Positions 8,736 to 18,277 are shown, counted from the first letter of the stretch. The stretch is DNA of 64,000 nt from Candidatus Micrarchaeota archaeon (GCA_028866995.1 JAGWHD010000001.1:337030-401029); one strand, 5' to 3'. Program-made: numbers and translations. The notes: a model not told the origin generated them from the sequence alone.

Positions 8736-9836
8736 CTAGGATAGGATGTCGGCGATGCTGCCGCAAATATACGATATCTCTTCCTTTGTAAGGTTGGGGC
8801 TGCTTGGAAGATTGATGCCTCTGACTGAGAGTTCCTGGGCAACGGGGAGGTTTTTGCCAGTGTTGTACATAGGGAGCATGTGCAATGGGTAGAAGAATGG
8901 CCTTGTCTCTATGCCTTCCTTATCAAGTCGCTCCATGACCATGGACCTTTTGCTCTTGTCAACGAGTATTGAATAATACCAGTATACGTTCTTTGCCCAT
9001 GGCATTTCAGGCTGCACCGTTACACCCTCTACGTTGCTGAGGAGCTTATTGTAGTGCGATGCCATCTTCCGTTTGTCGGATATGACTTTGCCGATTTTCT
9101 TTATCTGGGCTGCGCCTATGGCAGCCTGCATGTTGGTGAGCCTGTAGTTGAAACCGATGACATCGGTCCAGTACCTGTTGCCGTGGCTCTCCTTAGGCTT
9201 CGTACCCTGGTTCCTCAGTATCATCATTTTTTCTGCGAGTTCGCGATTGTCCGTTAGACACATCCCTCCTTCTCCAGTAGTCACTATCTTGTTCCCATAG
9301 AATGAGAAGCAGCTTATGTCACCGAATGTCCCTATCTTTCTCCCTTTGTACTCTGCCCCATGAGCTTCAGCTGCATCCTCTATCAGATACAGGTCATTCT
9401 CCTTTGCTATCTTGGTTATTGCATCCATGTCGCACGGATGGCCGTAAAGATGCACTACGACCAATGCCTTCGTCCTCTTCGTTATACGCCTTCGGATATC
9501 CTCGGGGTCTATGCACCAATAATCGCTATCCGAGTCGGCAAAGACCGGTCTTGCTCCAGTGTAAGCGATGGTGTTGGCGTTGGCAACATTCGTCAGTGTC
9601 GGCACTATGACTTCGTCGCCTTTTCCTATACCTATTGCCAAGAGCGCCAGGTGGAGTGCGGTTGTGCCATTTGATGAGGCTATGCCGTATTTTGTGCCGA
9701 TGTATGAAGAGAACCCTTTCTCGAACATCTCTATGTATTTACCTTTTGAGCTTATCCACCCGCTCTTTACGGCATCTGTTATGTTCCCCAACTCTTCCTT
9801 GCCGAGCTTCACATCAACTATTCTTATCCTTTCCAT
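8736..9836 (-). CDS. DegT/DnrJ/EryC1-family PLP sugar aminotransferase
   Basis: 366 aa. Fold-type I sugar aminotransferase pattern with the Lys region FSFYGNKIVTTGEGGM. 2 nt downstream of the cupin isomerase gene. Confidence 0.9.
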   Translation of the reverse strand: MERIRIVDVKLGKEELGNITDAVKSGWISSKGKYIEMFEKGFSSYIGTKYGIASSNGTTALHLALLAIGIGKGDEVIVPTLTNVANANTIAYTGARPVFADSDSDYWCIDPEDIRRRITKRTKALVVVHLYGHPCDMDAITKIAKENDLYLIEDAAEAHGAEYKGRKIGTFGDISCFSFYGNKIVTTGEGGMCLTDNRELAEKMMILRNQGTKPKESHGNRYWTDVIGFNYRLTNMQAAIGAAQIKKIGKVISDKRKMASHYNKLLSNVEGVTVQPEMPWAKNVYWYYSILVDKSKRSMVMERLDKEGIETRPFFYPLHMLPMYNTGKNLPVAQELSVRGINLPSSPNLTKEEISYICGSIADILS

Positions 9837-9838
9837 TC

Positions 9839-10252
9839 TTATCCCGCTAGCCTCTTGAACTCGGCGTAATCCCGTATGTATTCCTTCTGGTCAAGCACAT
9901 CATCAACAAGCGCAAGGAGCACTGCGTCCTTGGAGAAGTTCCTGAACTCGCGCCAGACCATCGGCGCTATGTAGAGCGCCCTTGCTGGGTTGCCAAGAGT
10001 TATCCTTTTGGTCTTTTTGCCTTTCTCCAGCAACACATCGAAGCTGCCGCTCACTGCCACTATAATCTGTTTTTCCCACTTATGCGCGTGGGCTCCCCTT
10101 GCTTTGCCCTTCGGCACGCCATAGAGATAGTAGGCTCTTTTTACCTTAAACGGTACCTCCTTGCCGACCTGCAGGAATGAAGCGCTACCGCGCTGATCGC
10201 GAGCCGTAGGTATCGCTATCAGCTTCCAGAAGTGAGCGCTGCCTTTTGCCAT
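9839..10252 (-). CDS. FdtA/WxcM-like cupin (NDP-4-keto-6-deoxyhexose 3,4-ketoisomerase family)
   Basis: 137 aa. Cupin with GKARGAHAHK His pair and the YYLYGVP motif typical of FdtA-like isomerases. Confidence 0.75.
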   Translation of the reverse strand: MAKGSAHFWKLIAIPTARDQRGSASFLQVGKEVPFKVKRAYYLYGVPKGKARGAHAHKWEKQIIVAVSGSFDVLLEKGKKTKRITLGNPARALYIAPMVWREFRNFSKDAVLLALVDDVLDQKEYIRDYAEFKRLAG

Positions 10253-10308
10253 AAAACCTATTTTATATTGGTGCTCTTATATATTTATGGATTTTACCGA
10301 TTGATTAA

Positions 10309-11376
10309 ATGAAAGTTGCCATCGTAAACTTAACAAAACCCGTTTCTGGGACTGGAGACGGCATGACAGAGTACACGTTCCAGCTTGTAAAGAACATGAA
10401 AATGATTAAGGGGGTTGAGGTTGTCTCGTTCTATGCTCTCGAGGAGACGCGCAGAAGGAATGTTGTTGGGCTTGTCGCAGCACAACCGATCCTTGGTGGG
10501 AAGGTCAATGCAATCGTAAAAGGCAACTTTGACATAGTCCACATAACCAACCAGGAAGCCGGGTTTGTGGCAAGGATGCTGAAGAGGAAGGGTTGCAAGG
10601 CGAAGATACTGACAACTGTGCACGACACAATGCGCTTGAGAACCGACCTACATAGGGGGATAAAGCAAGGCGCATACAACCATATGGTTAGGGGGCATAT
10701 CAGGGATGCGGTAGACTATTCCGATGAGCTCCTATTCGATGAGCCAAAGACGGTCGCTGAGTTGAAGAGGTTCAGAAGCTTCGGCAGGTACAAGGTCGTG
10801 TTCCTAGGGGTGGATGAAAGGTTCTTGGGGAAGGTTAAGAATAGCCATGAAGGGGAAAGTTTTGTTGTGGGTTACCTTGGATCCTTCGCTCACAACAAGA
10901 ACGTCGGATTCATATTGAGAACAGCGAAGCTGCTGAGGAAAGAGAAGGGCATAAAGTTCAGTATTTACGGTAGCGGAGGAGAGATCGATGCTCTCAAGGC
11001 ATATAAAAATGACAATGAGCTTAGCAATGTTGATTTTATGGGGTTTGCGCCGGAGGTCAGGAAACGTGAAATATACGATAGTTTCGATGCGTTCGTGTTC
11101 CCTACTCTGGGAGAGGATTTCTCGCTTCCGATACTTGAAGCCATGGCTAGCGGGTCTGTAGTGATAATACCAAAGTCATCGGAACTTGTCGGATTCCAAA
11201 GGAAGCATTGCATGGAGGCCAATAATGAGAAGGGATTGGCTTCCCTCCTGATAAGGCTTAAGGAAAGAGGGCCGAATAAGAGTTTCATAAGGAAAGCTGC
11301 AGAGTTCGCACGCTCGTTGACTTGGAAGGAGACTGCAAAGAACACATTAGCAGAGTACAAGGGATTGCTCAGCTGA
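10309..11376 (+). CDS. GT-B glycosyltransferase (GT4-like)
   Basis: 355 aa. C-terminal EX7E-type region GEDFSLPILEAMASGSVVI. Confidence 0.85.
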   Translation: MKVAIVNLTKPVSGTGDGMTEYTFQLVKNMKMIKGVEVVSFYALEETRRRNVVGLVAAQPILGGKVNAIVKGNFDIVHITNQEAGFVARMLKRKGCKAKILTTVHDTMRLRTDLHRGIKQGAYNHMVRGHIRDAVDYSDELLFDEPKTVAELKRFRSFGRYKVVFLGVDERFLGKVKNSHEGESFVVGYLGSFAHNKNVGFILRTAKLLRKEKGIKFSIYGSGGEIDALKAYKNDNELSNVDFMGFAPEVRKREIYDSFDAFVFPTLGEDFSLPILEAMASGSVVIIPKSSELVGFQRKHCMEANNEKGLASLLIRLKERGPNKSFIRKAAEFARSLTWKETAKNTLAEYKGLLS

Positions 11377-12435
11377 TTATTCGAGAACCTCCCTGCCTCT
11401 CTTTTTCATCTCCATTTCCTTGTAGTAGGGAGCATCGAACGAGAATCTTTCGCCCTTCTGCCATTTCTCCCATCTCCTTATATCCTCATTCACCATTATC
11501 TTGACCAGCTCCCTGAAGCTCGTCTTTGGTTTCCAGCCCAACTCCTTTTGCGCTTTGGATGAATCACCAAGAACAAGATCGAAGTCGATGTGCCTGCGGA
11601 ATGTTTTGTCGCTCTTTACGTATTTCTCCGGATCCTTGCCTATTAACTTGAACCCTTCCTCAACGAATTCCCTTACTGAATGGGACTCTCCGGTAGCCAG
11701 GACATAATCCTTAGGAGTTTTTGAATTAAGCATCAGATGCATGCCTTCCACATATTCTGGCGCATACCCCCAATCCCGCTTGCTGTCCATGTTGCCGAGC
11801 CTGAGCTCTTTTGAAAGACCGAGATGAATCCTGGCAATCTCGTTTGATATTTTTCGGGTTACGAATTCGAGTCCTCTCAGTGGGGATTCGTGGTTGAACA
11901 GTATGCCAGACACTGAGAACAGTTTGTAAGACTCCCGGTATATCCTTGTAGTCCAGTAGCCGTACAGCTTTGCTGTTGCGTATGGACTCACAGGATTGAA
12001 TGGGGACTCTTCGTTCAGCTTCATCTTCTGGTACTGCACAGACTGGCCGTACATTTCGCTCGTGCCAGCGAAGTAAAACTTGGTGCTTTCATCGTGAAGT
12101 CTTATTGCTTCAAGAAAGTTTAGTACGGATATGCCGTCTATGTTTGCCGTTGCTATTGGGGATTCATAACTTGCGCGTACAAAGCTCTGTGCGGCCAGGT
12201 GGTATATCTCATCGGCCTGCGAGGTCTTTATCGCGTCCAATATTGACGAAAAATCAGTTATGTCTGCTGATATTAGGTTTATCTTGTCGAAAATACCCAA
12301 GTAATCGAGTCGCCAGAAGTTTGGGGTGCTCGTTCTGCGGTAGGTTCCGTATACCTCGTATCCATTGTCGAGCAGGTGTCTTGCTAGGTATGCGCCGTCC
12401 TGGCCTGTTATTCCAGATATGAGGGCTTTTTTCAT
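11377..12435 (-). CDS. gmd: GDP-mannose 4,6-dehydratase
   Basis: 352 aa. GITGQDGAYLARHLL, YATAKLY, ILFNHESPLRG, RDWGYAPEYVE. Collinear with the Gmd pattern. Confidence 0.92.
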   Translation of the reverse strand: MKKALISGITGQDGAYLARHLLDNGYEVYGTYRRTSTPNFWRLDYLGIFDKINLISADITDFSSILDAIKTSQADEIYHLAAQSFVRASYESPIATANIDGISVLNFLEAIRLHDESTKFYFAGTSEMYGQSVQYQKMKLNEESPFNPVSPYATAKLYGYWTTRIYRESYKLFSVSGILFNHESPLRGLEFVTRKISNEIARIHLGLSKELRLGNMDSKRDWGYAPEYVEGMHLMLNSKTPKDYVLATGESHSVREFVEEGFKLIGKDPEKYVKSDKTFRRHIDFDLVLGDSSKAQKELGWKPKTSFRELVKIMVNEDIRRWEKWQKGERFSFDAPYYKEMEMKKRGREVLE

Positions 12436-12478
12436 TCTGATACCGATATATTATAGTGGTTCTTAACGGATATAAACA

Positions 12479-13159
12479 TTAATCATTGCGGCGGTGCCTC
12501 TTAATGAACATGGTGGGGTTGTAGAAGTACCCCAGATTCTCTCTTATCTTCGTTTCGCTCCATTTCCACCACTCTATCTTAAGCAGCTTGCTCCTTATAC
12601 TTTTCGAGAACCTGTATCCTATTCTCTTAGCGGGCATTCCTCCCACTATTTCATATGGCTCAACGTCGTGTGTAACTATAGCGCCAGCAGCTATCACAGC
12701 GCCATCGCCTATGTTTCTGGAGCCAATTATCTTTACATCGTTGCCTATCCACACGTCATTGCCTATGCTGACTCTTGAATCCTTTCCTGCCTTCTTGGAA
12801 TGATATAGCGCATTGTAGTCCTTATCATCTGCGCCGAAGAATAGTTTGTTCATATGGGAACTAACAAAATTGGGCGTGTGCCTGCTGCTCGGCAGCAGAT
12901 ACAAGTTCTCTCCTATTCTAGTATAGCTTCCGAAACTTATCTCTGTGCGCTCCGGGGAGAATGCTATCACGTGTATGATGTTGCTACTTGATGAGTTTGT
13001 GCCTATCTTTATTTTCTTAAACTTTCCAGGCCATTGGTTGACATATATGCCTTCTGTTCCTTGCCTGAAGTGAAATAGATACTTCAACCTGTATATGAAA
13101 TTTATCATGTTTGGGAATATAAGATAGAGATCGCCAATGCGATTTCTCCAGAAGCCCAT
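12479..13159 (-). CDS. Left-handed beta-helix (hexapeptide) acetyltransferase, XAT/Vat-like
   Basis: 226 aa. IGNDVWIGNDVKIIGSRNIGDGAVIAAGAIV repeats and a C-terminal YRF...LLKIEWWKW tail. Confidence 0.75.
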   Translation of the reverse strand: MGFWRNRIGDLYLIFPNMINFIYRLKYLFHFRQGTEGIYVNQWPGKFKKIKIGTNSSSSNIIHVIAFSPERTEISFGSYTRIGENLYLLPSSRHTPNFVSSHMNKLFFGADDKDYNALYHSKKAGKDSRVSIGNDVWIGNDVKIIGSRNIGDGAVIAAGAIVTHDVEPYEIVGGMPAKRIGYRFSKSIRSKLLKIEWWKWSETKIRENLGYFYNPTMFIKRHRRND

Positions 13160-13238
13160 TCTGATTACCTCAAAAGATTAAGGTTTTGGTAGTTTATATA
13201 GCTTCTTGCACACCTAAGATTTAGAAGTTGGTGCGACA

Positions 13239-14636
13239 TTGGAGAGAAGAAAAAAGCCAAACATAATCATGATAATGCTAGATACATTCAGGGCAGACTA
13301 TCTTAGTGATTATGGCGGTGAGAAACGCCTGCAGTTCATCGAAAGCATTGCGAGCAAGAGTACGGTTTACAAGAATTCATATGCTCCTGGAACGTACACT
13401 GTACCTTCCCACGCAGCGCTTTTCCTCAACAAGCGCGTGGTCGATATAAGGAGTGTACTTGAAGGGCACAGACTTAAACTTTCAGTTGAATCGACGGGGT
13501 TGCCGCAGTACATAAAGAAAGGCGACAAGACACTTGCTTCAAAGCTGTTGAAGCTGGGGTACGAAACTGCTCTATTCTCAAGCAATCCATTCATAGCTGA
13601 GAGGACAGGTTTTGGAGAGGGGTTTGCTGTGGCTAAGGATACGGAAGGGGAGAAGGCCGCAAGGGAATCAGGTAAGGGACCTGGAATGGCTGATAGAATG
13701 CTTAATAGCGAGGCCTTCATGAGATCTGTGCAGTTTGCATCGCATGTGATAAGGGGAAAGATGCTTGACAAGCTGTTTGTAGACTTCACTAGGAGGATGG
13801 AAAGGCAACTGGCTAGCGACTCTGGATATGCAGGCCTTGATATGGGGGCAGCGATGCTCGAAGAGATGGTGGCTAGTCATCTTAAGAATTCGTCTGCCTC
13901 AAGGCCGAAGTTCATGTTCTTGAACTATATGGAAGCGCATGAGCCTTATCCGATAAGTAAGGATGACATAATACAGGGTAGATGGCTCTACATGGGTGGT
14001 TTGCTCGCGCTTGATGGAGTCAAAGACATAAAGGAAGCATGCTTTAGAAGGCTCGTCTATCTTGATGACAAGATAAAAAAACTGTTCACTATATTAGAAG
14101 ATAGGGGATTCCTCGATAATGCTGTGGTAATCATTACCAGCGACCATGGTCAGGCTTTCATGGAGCACGGACAGATGTACCATGACCTTTTGCCATACGA
14201 AGAGATGGTCAGGATACCTATTATCGTGGGGAGGTTTTCTGGTGGAAGGCAGATAGGCTCTAGGACCGTAACGGAAAATCCGACAAGCCTTCTCGAAATG
14301 CATAGGTATATACTTGACCTGGCAAATGGCGGCGTCGTAAAAACCTCTGCAAAAAACGTAGCTTTCTCAGATCACATAGGAACTGCAAGATGGTGGGGTT
14401 CAGATATAGTGAAGAAACTTCGCGACAAGTCGAGTGGTTTTGCAAGAATAAACAGCATCATGGAACTATCGGACACCAAGGCGACGGCCGTATACTACAA
14501 GCATTACAAACTGATACACTACTACGGGAAGAGACATGATGAGTTATTCGACCTGCTGAAGGACCGGGCGGAGGTTGACAACATAATAGACAAGGGGAAG
14601 AGGGTATATGCACATATGCTGAAACTGCTCAAGTAG
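13239..14636 (+). CDS. Alkaline-phosphatase-superfamily (sulfatase/NPP-like) enzyme with Thr at the nucleophile position
   Basis: 465 aa, TTG start. MLDTFRADY metal site. T-V-P-S-H (aa 54-58) lies where sulfatases have C/S-x-P-x-R. ITSDHGQAF. No TM segment. Confidence 0.8.
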   Translation: MERRKKPNIIMIMLDTFRADYLSDYGGEKRLQFIESIASKSTVYKNSYAPGTYTVPSHAALFLNKRVVDIRSVLEGHRLKLSVESTGLPQYIKKGDKTLASKLLKLGYETALFSSNPFIAERTGFGEGFAVAKDTEGEKAARESGKGPGMADRMLNSEAFMRSVQFASHVIRGKMLDKLFVDFTRRMERQLASDSGYAGLDMGAAMLEEMVASHLKNSSASRPKFMFLNYMEAHEPYPISKDDIIQGRWLYMGGLLALDGVKDIKEACFRRLVYLDDKIKKLFTILEDRGFLDNAVVIITSDHGQAFMEHGQMYHDLLPYEEMVRIPIIVGRFSGGRQIGSRTVTENPTSLLEMHRYILDLANGGVVKTSAKNVAFSDHIGTARWWGSDIVKKLRDKSSGFARINSIMELSDTKATAVYYKHYKLIHYYGKRHDELFDLLKDRAEVDNIIDKGKRVYAHMLKLLK

Positions 14637-15699
14637 AACTCTTCTTCATGTACCTATTCTTGTACTTTTTTTCGAGCAGTTCCATCAGGAGTTTTATTCC
14701 GTGTTTCCTGTTTTTGTATCTCAGGGTAAGTTGAGCTACAGTGGTGTCTTTGTCAAGGCCTAGAAATTTAGTTATGCCAATATCGTGTATTATCTTTGAT
14801 ATCTCTAGCACCATTTGAGAATTTGGCTCCTTTTTCCATTGTTCTATATCCCTAAGCCTCTTTGTTTTCTCATCTATTAGCTGCTTTCTAATAGCGTTGT
14901 CATTTGTCTGCCCCAGCAATGGTCTGTATTTGAAACTGTAGAAGAGTCTGTAATCAATATTGGTGAGTTCCTGGTTTGGCTTCTTAAGAGTGAGTTTTTC
15001 ATAAAACACCAGCGCTCCGATAATCACTAATCCTAGGAGTGATTTCTCGCGCTCGCCTTTTCCAAGCACATTCTTTTCATAGAAATACTCAGCAATCTTA
15101 TCGTTGAACATTCGGTAGGTGAATCTTTCGTATTTTTCCAGTTTATCATACTCTATTGAGCTCTTGCCCGACAGTAAGTGCACCACGTAATGCTTGATAC
15201 AATATTTCTCGTCCTCAAGCCTCTCCACTGTTCCGGATATTGCTGGCTGCTCGTGAAGTAGTCCTTTGAATGTCGCTTTGTTCTTCTTGAATATGCGTAT
15301 CTGCCAAGTGACAAAATCCGTGGCCTGTCTGCCGTTCAGCATTATGTAGTTTCTGATGGTGAATGCGTCTGCGGAACCTGTTCCTATCAATTTGCCTAAG
15401 TCTTTCTTGAGGGCCGGACTCAGCCTCTCATCCGTTCCCATTAGAAGAACCCATTCACTCCTGCATCTGTTCACTCCATATGTAAAAAGAGGATCTGCAA
15501 GGCCAAGAGCGATTGCATGGTGTATAATTAGCCTTGTAAGATTCTCGCTCTTCTTTTTTGCCATCAGTTTTTTGGCATCCTTTGCGTCGCTCGAATCCAC
15601 AACCACTATCTCGTCGACTATGTTGTACAGGTCATTGATGAGGCCTATCGCCTTGCCGATGTCATTCCTGCAGAAGATAAGCGCGGATATGCTACTCAT
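14629..15699 (-). CDS. GT-A glycosyltransferase (GT2-like) with extended C-terminal region
   Basis: 356 aa. N-terminal LIFCRND...IVVVDSSD pattern. Last gene of a 4-gene overlapping operon. Confidence 0.65.
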   Translation of the reverse strand: MSSISALIFCRNDIGKAIGLINDLYNIVDEIVVVDSSDAKDAKKLMAKKKSENLTRLIIHHAIALGLADPLFTYGVNRCRSEWVLLMGTDERLSPALKKDLGKLIGTGSADAFTIRNYIMLNGRQATDFVTWQIRIFKKNKATFKGLLHEQPAISGTVERLEDEKYCIKHYVVHLLSGKSSIEYDKLEKYERFTYRMFNDKIAEYFYEKNVLGKGEREKSLLGLVIIGALVFYEKLTLKKPNQELTNIDYRLFYSFKYRPLLGQTNDNAIRKQLIDEKTKRLRDIEQWKKEPNSQMVLEISKIIHDIGITKFLGLDKDTTVAQLTLRYKNRKHGIKLLMELLEKKYKNRYMKKSST

Positions 15700-16135
15700 G
15701 TTTATCTATTTGCTTCGCTGGATTCCCGTATACTGTTGCGTTATCTGGAACGTCTTTTGTCACAACAGATCCTGCTCCTATCATACTATCCTTACCTATC
15801 TTTATTCCAGGGAGTACCACGGAATGTGCTCCTATCGATGCGCCGTCATCTACGGTTGTTTTGAGAAGCTTCCAGTCACCTGAGGATTTGGGGTACTTGT
15901 CGTTTGTGAATGTGACTCCTGGGCCTATGAATACGCCATTCCCTATCTCCACTCCTGTTGGTATGTATACGTTGGGCTTTATCTTGCAGTTGTCTCCTAT
16001 CACAACGCCTTCCTCAATGTACACGAAGGACTCTATCTTGCAGTTCTTGCCTATCTTGCATTTGTAGAGGTTTACGTGGTCCCTGATCTCGGTACCTTCC
16101 CCTATCGTACAATCCTTGATTATTGAGTACAGCAT
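15692..16135 (-). CDS. Hexapeptide-repeat N-acetyltransferase (WbpD-like)
   Basis: 147 aa, almost entirely LbH repeats (IGDNCKIKPNVYIPTGVEIGNGVFIGPGV). 8-nt overlap with the downstream gene. Confidence 0.8.
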   Translation of the reverse strand: MLYSIIKDCTIGEGTEIRDHVNLYKCKIGKNCKIESFVYIEEGVVIGDNCKIKPNVYIPTGVEIGNGVFIGPGVTFTNDKYPKSSGDWKLLKTTVDDGASIGAHSVVLPGIKIGKDSMIGAGSVVTKDVPDNATVYGNPAKQIDKHE

Positions 16136-16136
16136 C

Positions 16137-17096
16137 TCAGCTCCCCTCTATCTTCCTTATTATCTCCAGCCCGAGCAAAGAATCCTCGGCGTTGTTCTTG
16201 TCGTTCGTGCCAGTCTGTATCGCATGGATGAAATTCTCGGCCTCATCTTTTATTGTGTTGTTGGCGTAGAACCCCTCTATCTTTGTATCCTTTACCCCGT
16301 CCTCGTCATTGACAATGTATTTCATTTCCTGGGTTATTATGTCAAGCTGTATGGAAACGTCCTTGCCGTCCTTCTCCCCGAAGACCTCTATCAGCCTTGT
16401 CTTGTGGCTTGAGAACCAAGAAATCCTGAATATGGCATCTTCATCGCCTATCCTGAGCTTTATATCTGCCAATTCCGACTTGTCCTGTCTCCTGAATGAG
16501 CCTTGAAGCTTGTCTATCTTGACATCGCCGTCCTTGATGTCGTTGACATATAGGAACATGTCTATGAGATGCGGCATCAGGTCCCAGATTATGCTCACGT
16601 TTGGCATTGGCTTCCTGCTGAACTCCCAGGTGAACCTGCTGAAGTATATCCTGTCGAAGTGCTTATTCGACCTTATCACTTGCTTCAGGAAATTCAGGGA
16701 GTTGGCGAACCTGAATATGAGTCCCGCTTTGAATACCAGGTTCTTCTGCTTCGCGATCTCGCACAGCTCCTTAGCCTCTTCGGCGGAGTAGCACAGCGGC
16801 TTTTCCAATAGAACATGCTTGCCAGCTAGCAGGGCCTCCTTAGCGACCTTGTAGTGATCCGTGTTGGGAACCGCTATGTGCACGGCATTGATGCTGTGGT
16901 CCTTCATGAGATCCTTGTAATCCGAGTACCCCTTGAGGGTGTTTCCCTTCGCCTGGTTCAGCCGCTGCGCATCTGCATCGCAGAGCGCTGCGAGCTTGAA
17001 GTCATCTCTCGATGTTCCTATGTCCGCATACTCCCTTATGAGCTTGCTGCCCCAGTAGCCTATCCCCACCACTGCAAGATTGACCTTGTTATCCAT
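16137..17096 (-). CDS. Gfo/Idh/MocA-family NAD-dependent sugar oxidoreductase (WbpB-like)
   Basis: 319 aa. N-terminal Rossmann LAVVGIGYWGSKLIREY and EKPL motif (VLLEKPLC). Confidence 0.85.
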   Translation of the reverse strand: MDNKVNLAVVGIGYWGSKLIREYADIGTSRDDFKLAALCDADAQRLNQAKGNTLKGYSDYKDLMKDHSINAVHIAVPNTDHYKVAKEALLAGKHVLLEKPLCYSAEEAKELCEIAKQKNLVFKAGLIFRFANSLNFLKQVIRSNKHFDRIYFSRFTWEFSRKPMPNVSIIWDLMPHLIDMFLYVNDIKDGDVKIDKLQGSFRRQDKSELADIKLRIGDEDAIFRISWFSSHKTRLIEVFGEKDGKDVSIQLDIITQEMKYIVNDEDGVKDTKIEGFYANNTIKDEAENFIHAIQTGTNDKNNAEDSLLGLEIIRKIEGS

Positions 17097-18189
17097 AGAA
17101 CTCTTTCACCTTTTCGCAGACGAGGCCTATATCCTCGTTTGTCAGATTCGTGTGCATGGGCAGACTGAGACACTCCCTTGAGAAGCTTTCGCTGTTTGGA
17201 TATTCGCCACCCTTGAAGCCGAACATCTGCATGTATATCGGCTGCAGGTGTATTGGTATGGGATAATGTATTCCGCACTGTATGCCGTTCTTTTCCATGT
17301 GCTCCTTTAACCTGTCCCTCTCCGTTGTCAGTATCACGTACTGGTGGAATACCGGCTTTGTGCCGCTGCCTCCTAGCATGGGCAACGTTATCCCTCCTAT
17401 GCCATTTAGCTTCGAATCGTACTGTGCTGCTATCTCCGACCTTCTTGAATTCCATTTGTCCAAGTTCTTGAGCTGGACGCGCCCTATCGCAGCGTTGACC
17501 GTGTTGAGCCTGGCAGTGTATCCGATCATATCGTGCTCGTAATGGGATTTCCTTCCTGCATCGCGGAGTTTCCTAACCTTATTTGCTATCCCATCGTCGT
17601 CTGTTGTCACCATGCCCCCGTCCCCGAGGACCGTCATGTTCTTGCTTGGATAGAAAGAGAATGCTGCTGCTAGCGCCAGGCTGCCGGTCCTCTTGCCTTT
17701 GTATAAAGCCCCGTGGGATTGGCATGCGTCCTCAATGACATAGGCATTGCTCCTTTTCGCAATCTCGTTTATGCTGTCGAAATCTGCAGGATAGCCGTAT
17801 ATGTCCACCGGGAGCACTGCTGCTGCCCCTTTCTGCAGTTGCTTTTCTATTTCCGCAGGGCTTATGCAGTATGTGCGCTTGTCTATATCTGCAAACGCCG
17901 GGATCCCGCCGGCGTGTATTATCGAATTTGAGCTTGCGATGAATGATTGGGGGGATGTAATGCATCTCTTGCCGTTGATGCCTATTGCCATGAATATGAA
18001 TGCGAGGGCGTTAGTGCCTGAGGATACTGCTATGGCATGCTTTGTGCCCACATACCTTGCGAACTCCTCCTCAAGTTTAGCCACGTTCTCGCCGTTGACG
18101 TACTTGTCGTTTCTCAGAGCATCTAAGGCCGCTTCCTCCATCTCTTTGTCAAGAATCGGCATGCCTTGGCTTATTTTCCAGTTTGCCAT
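17089..18189 (-). CDS. DegT-family PLP sugar aminotransferase (WbpE-like)
   Basis: 366 aa. SFYPSKNMTVLGDGGMVTT Lys region. First gene of the operon 18189->14629. Confidence 0.9.
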   Translation of the reverse strand: MANWKISQGMPILDKEMEEAALDALRNDKYVNGENVAKLEEEFARYVGTKHAIAVSSGTNALAFIFMAIGINGKRCITSPQSFIASSNSIIHAGGIPAFADIDKRTYCISPAEIEKQLQKGAAAVLPVDIYGYPADFDSINEIAKRSNAYVIEDACQSHGALYKGKRTGSLALAAAFSFYPSKNMTVLGDGGMVTTDDDGIANKVRKLRDAGRKSHYEHDMIGYTARLNTVNAAIGRVQLKNLDKWNSRRSEIAAQYDSKLNGIGGITLPMLGGSGTKPVFHQYVILTTERDRLKEHMEKNGIQCGIHYPIPIHLQPIYMQMFGFKGGEYPNSESFSRECLSLPMHTNLTNEDIGLVCEKVKEFYG

Positions 18190-18256
18190 AGAATCATCAG
18201 TGCTTTAGAATGAACGTTTGCTTCGTTTAGTAGTGGCAGCTAAGTTTCATAATCCT

Positions 18257-18277
18257 ATCCCAATAGAAGATTGGGAT
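18257..18277. promoter_or_regulatory. 8-bp perfect inverted repeat upstream of the aminotransferase operon
   Basis: ATCCCAAT-agaag-ATTGGGAT, 68-88 nt upstream of start 18189 and 46 nt after the stop of the upstream ORF. Could be an operator or a terminator hairpin. Confidence 0.3.
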
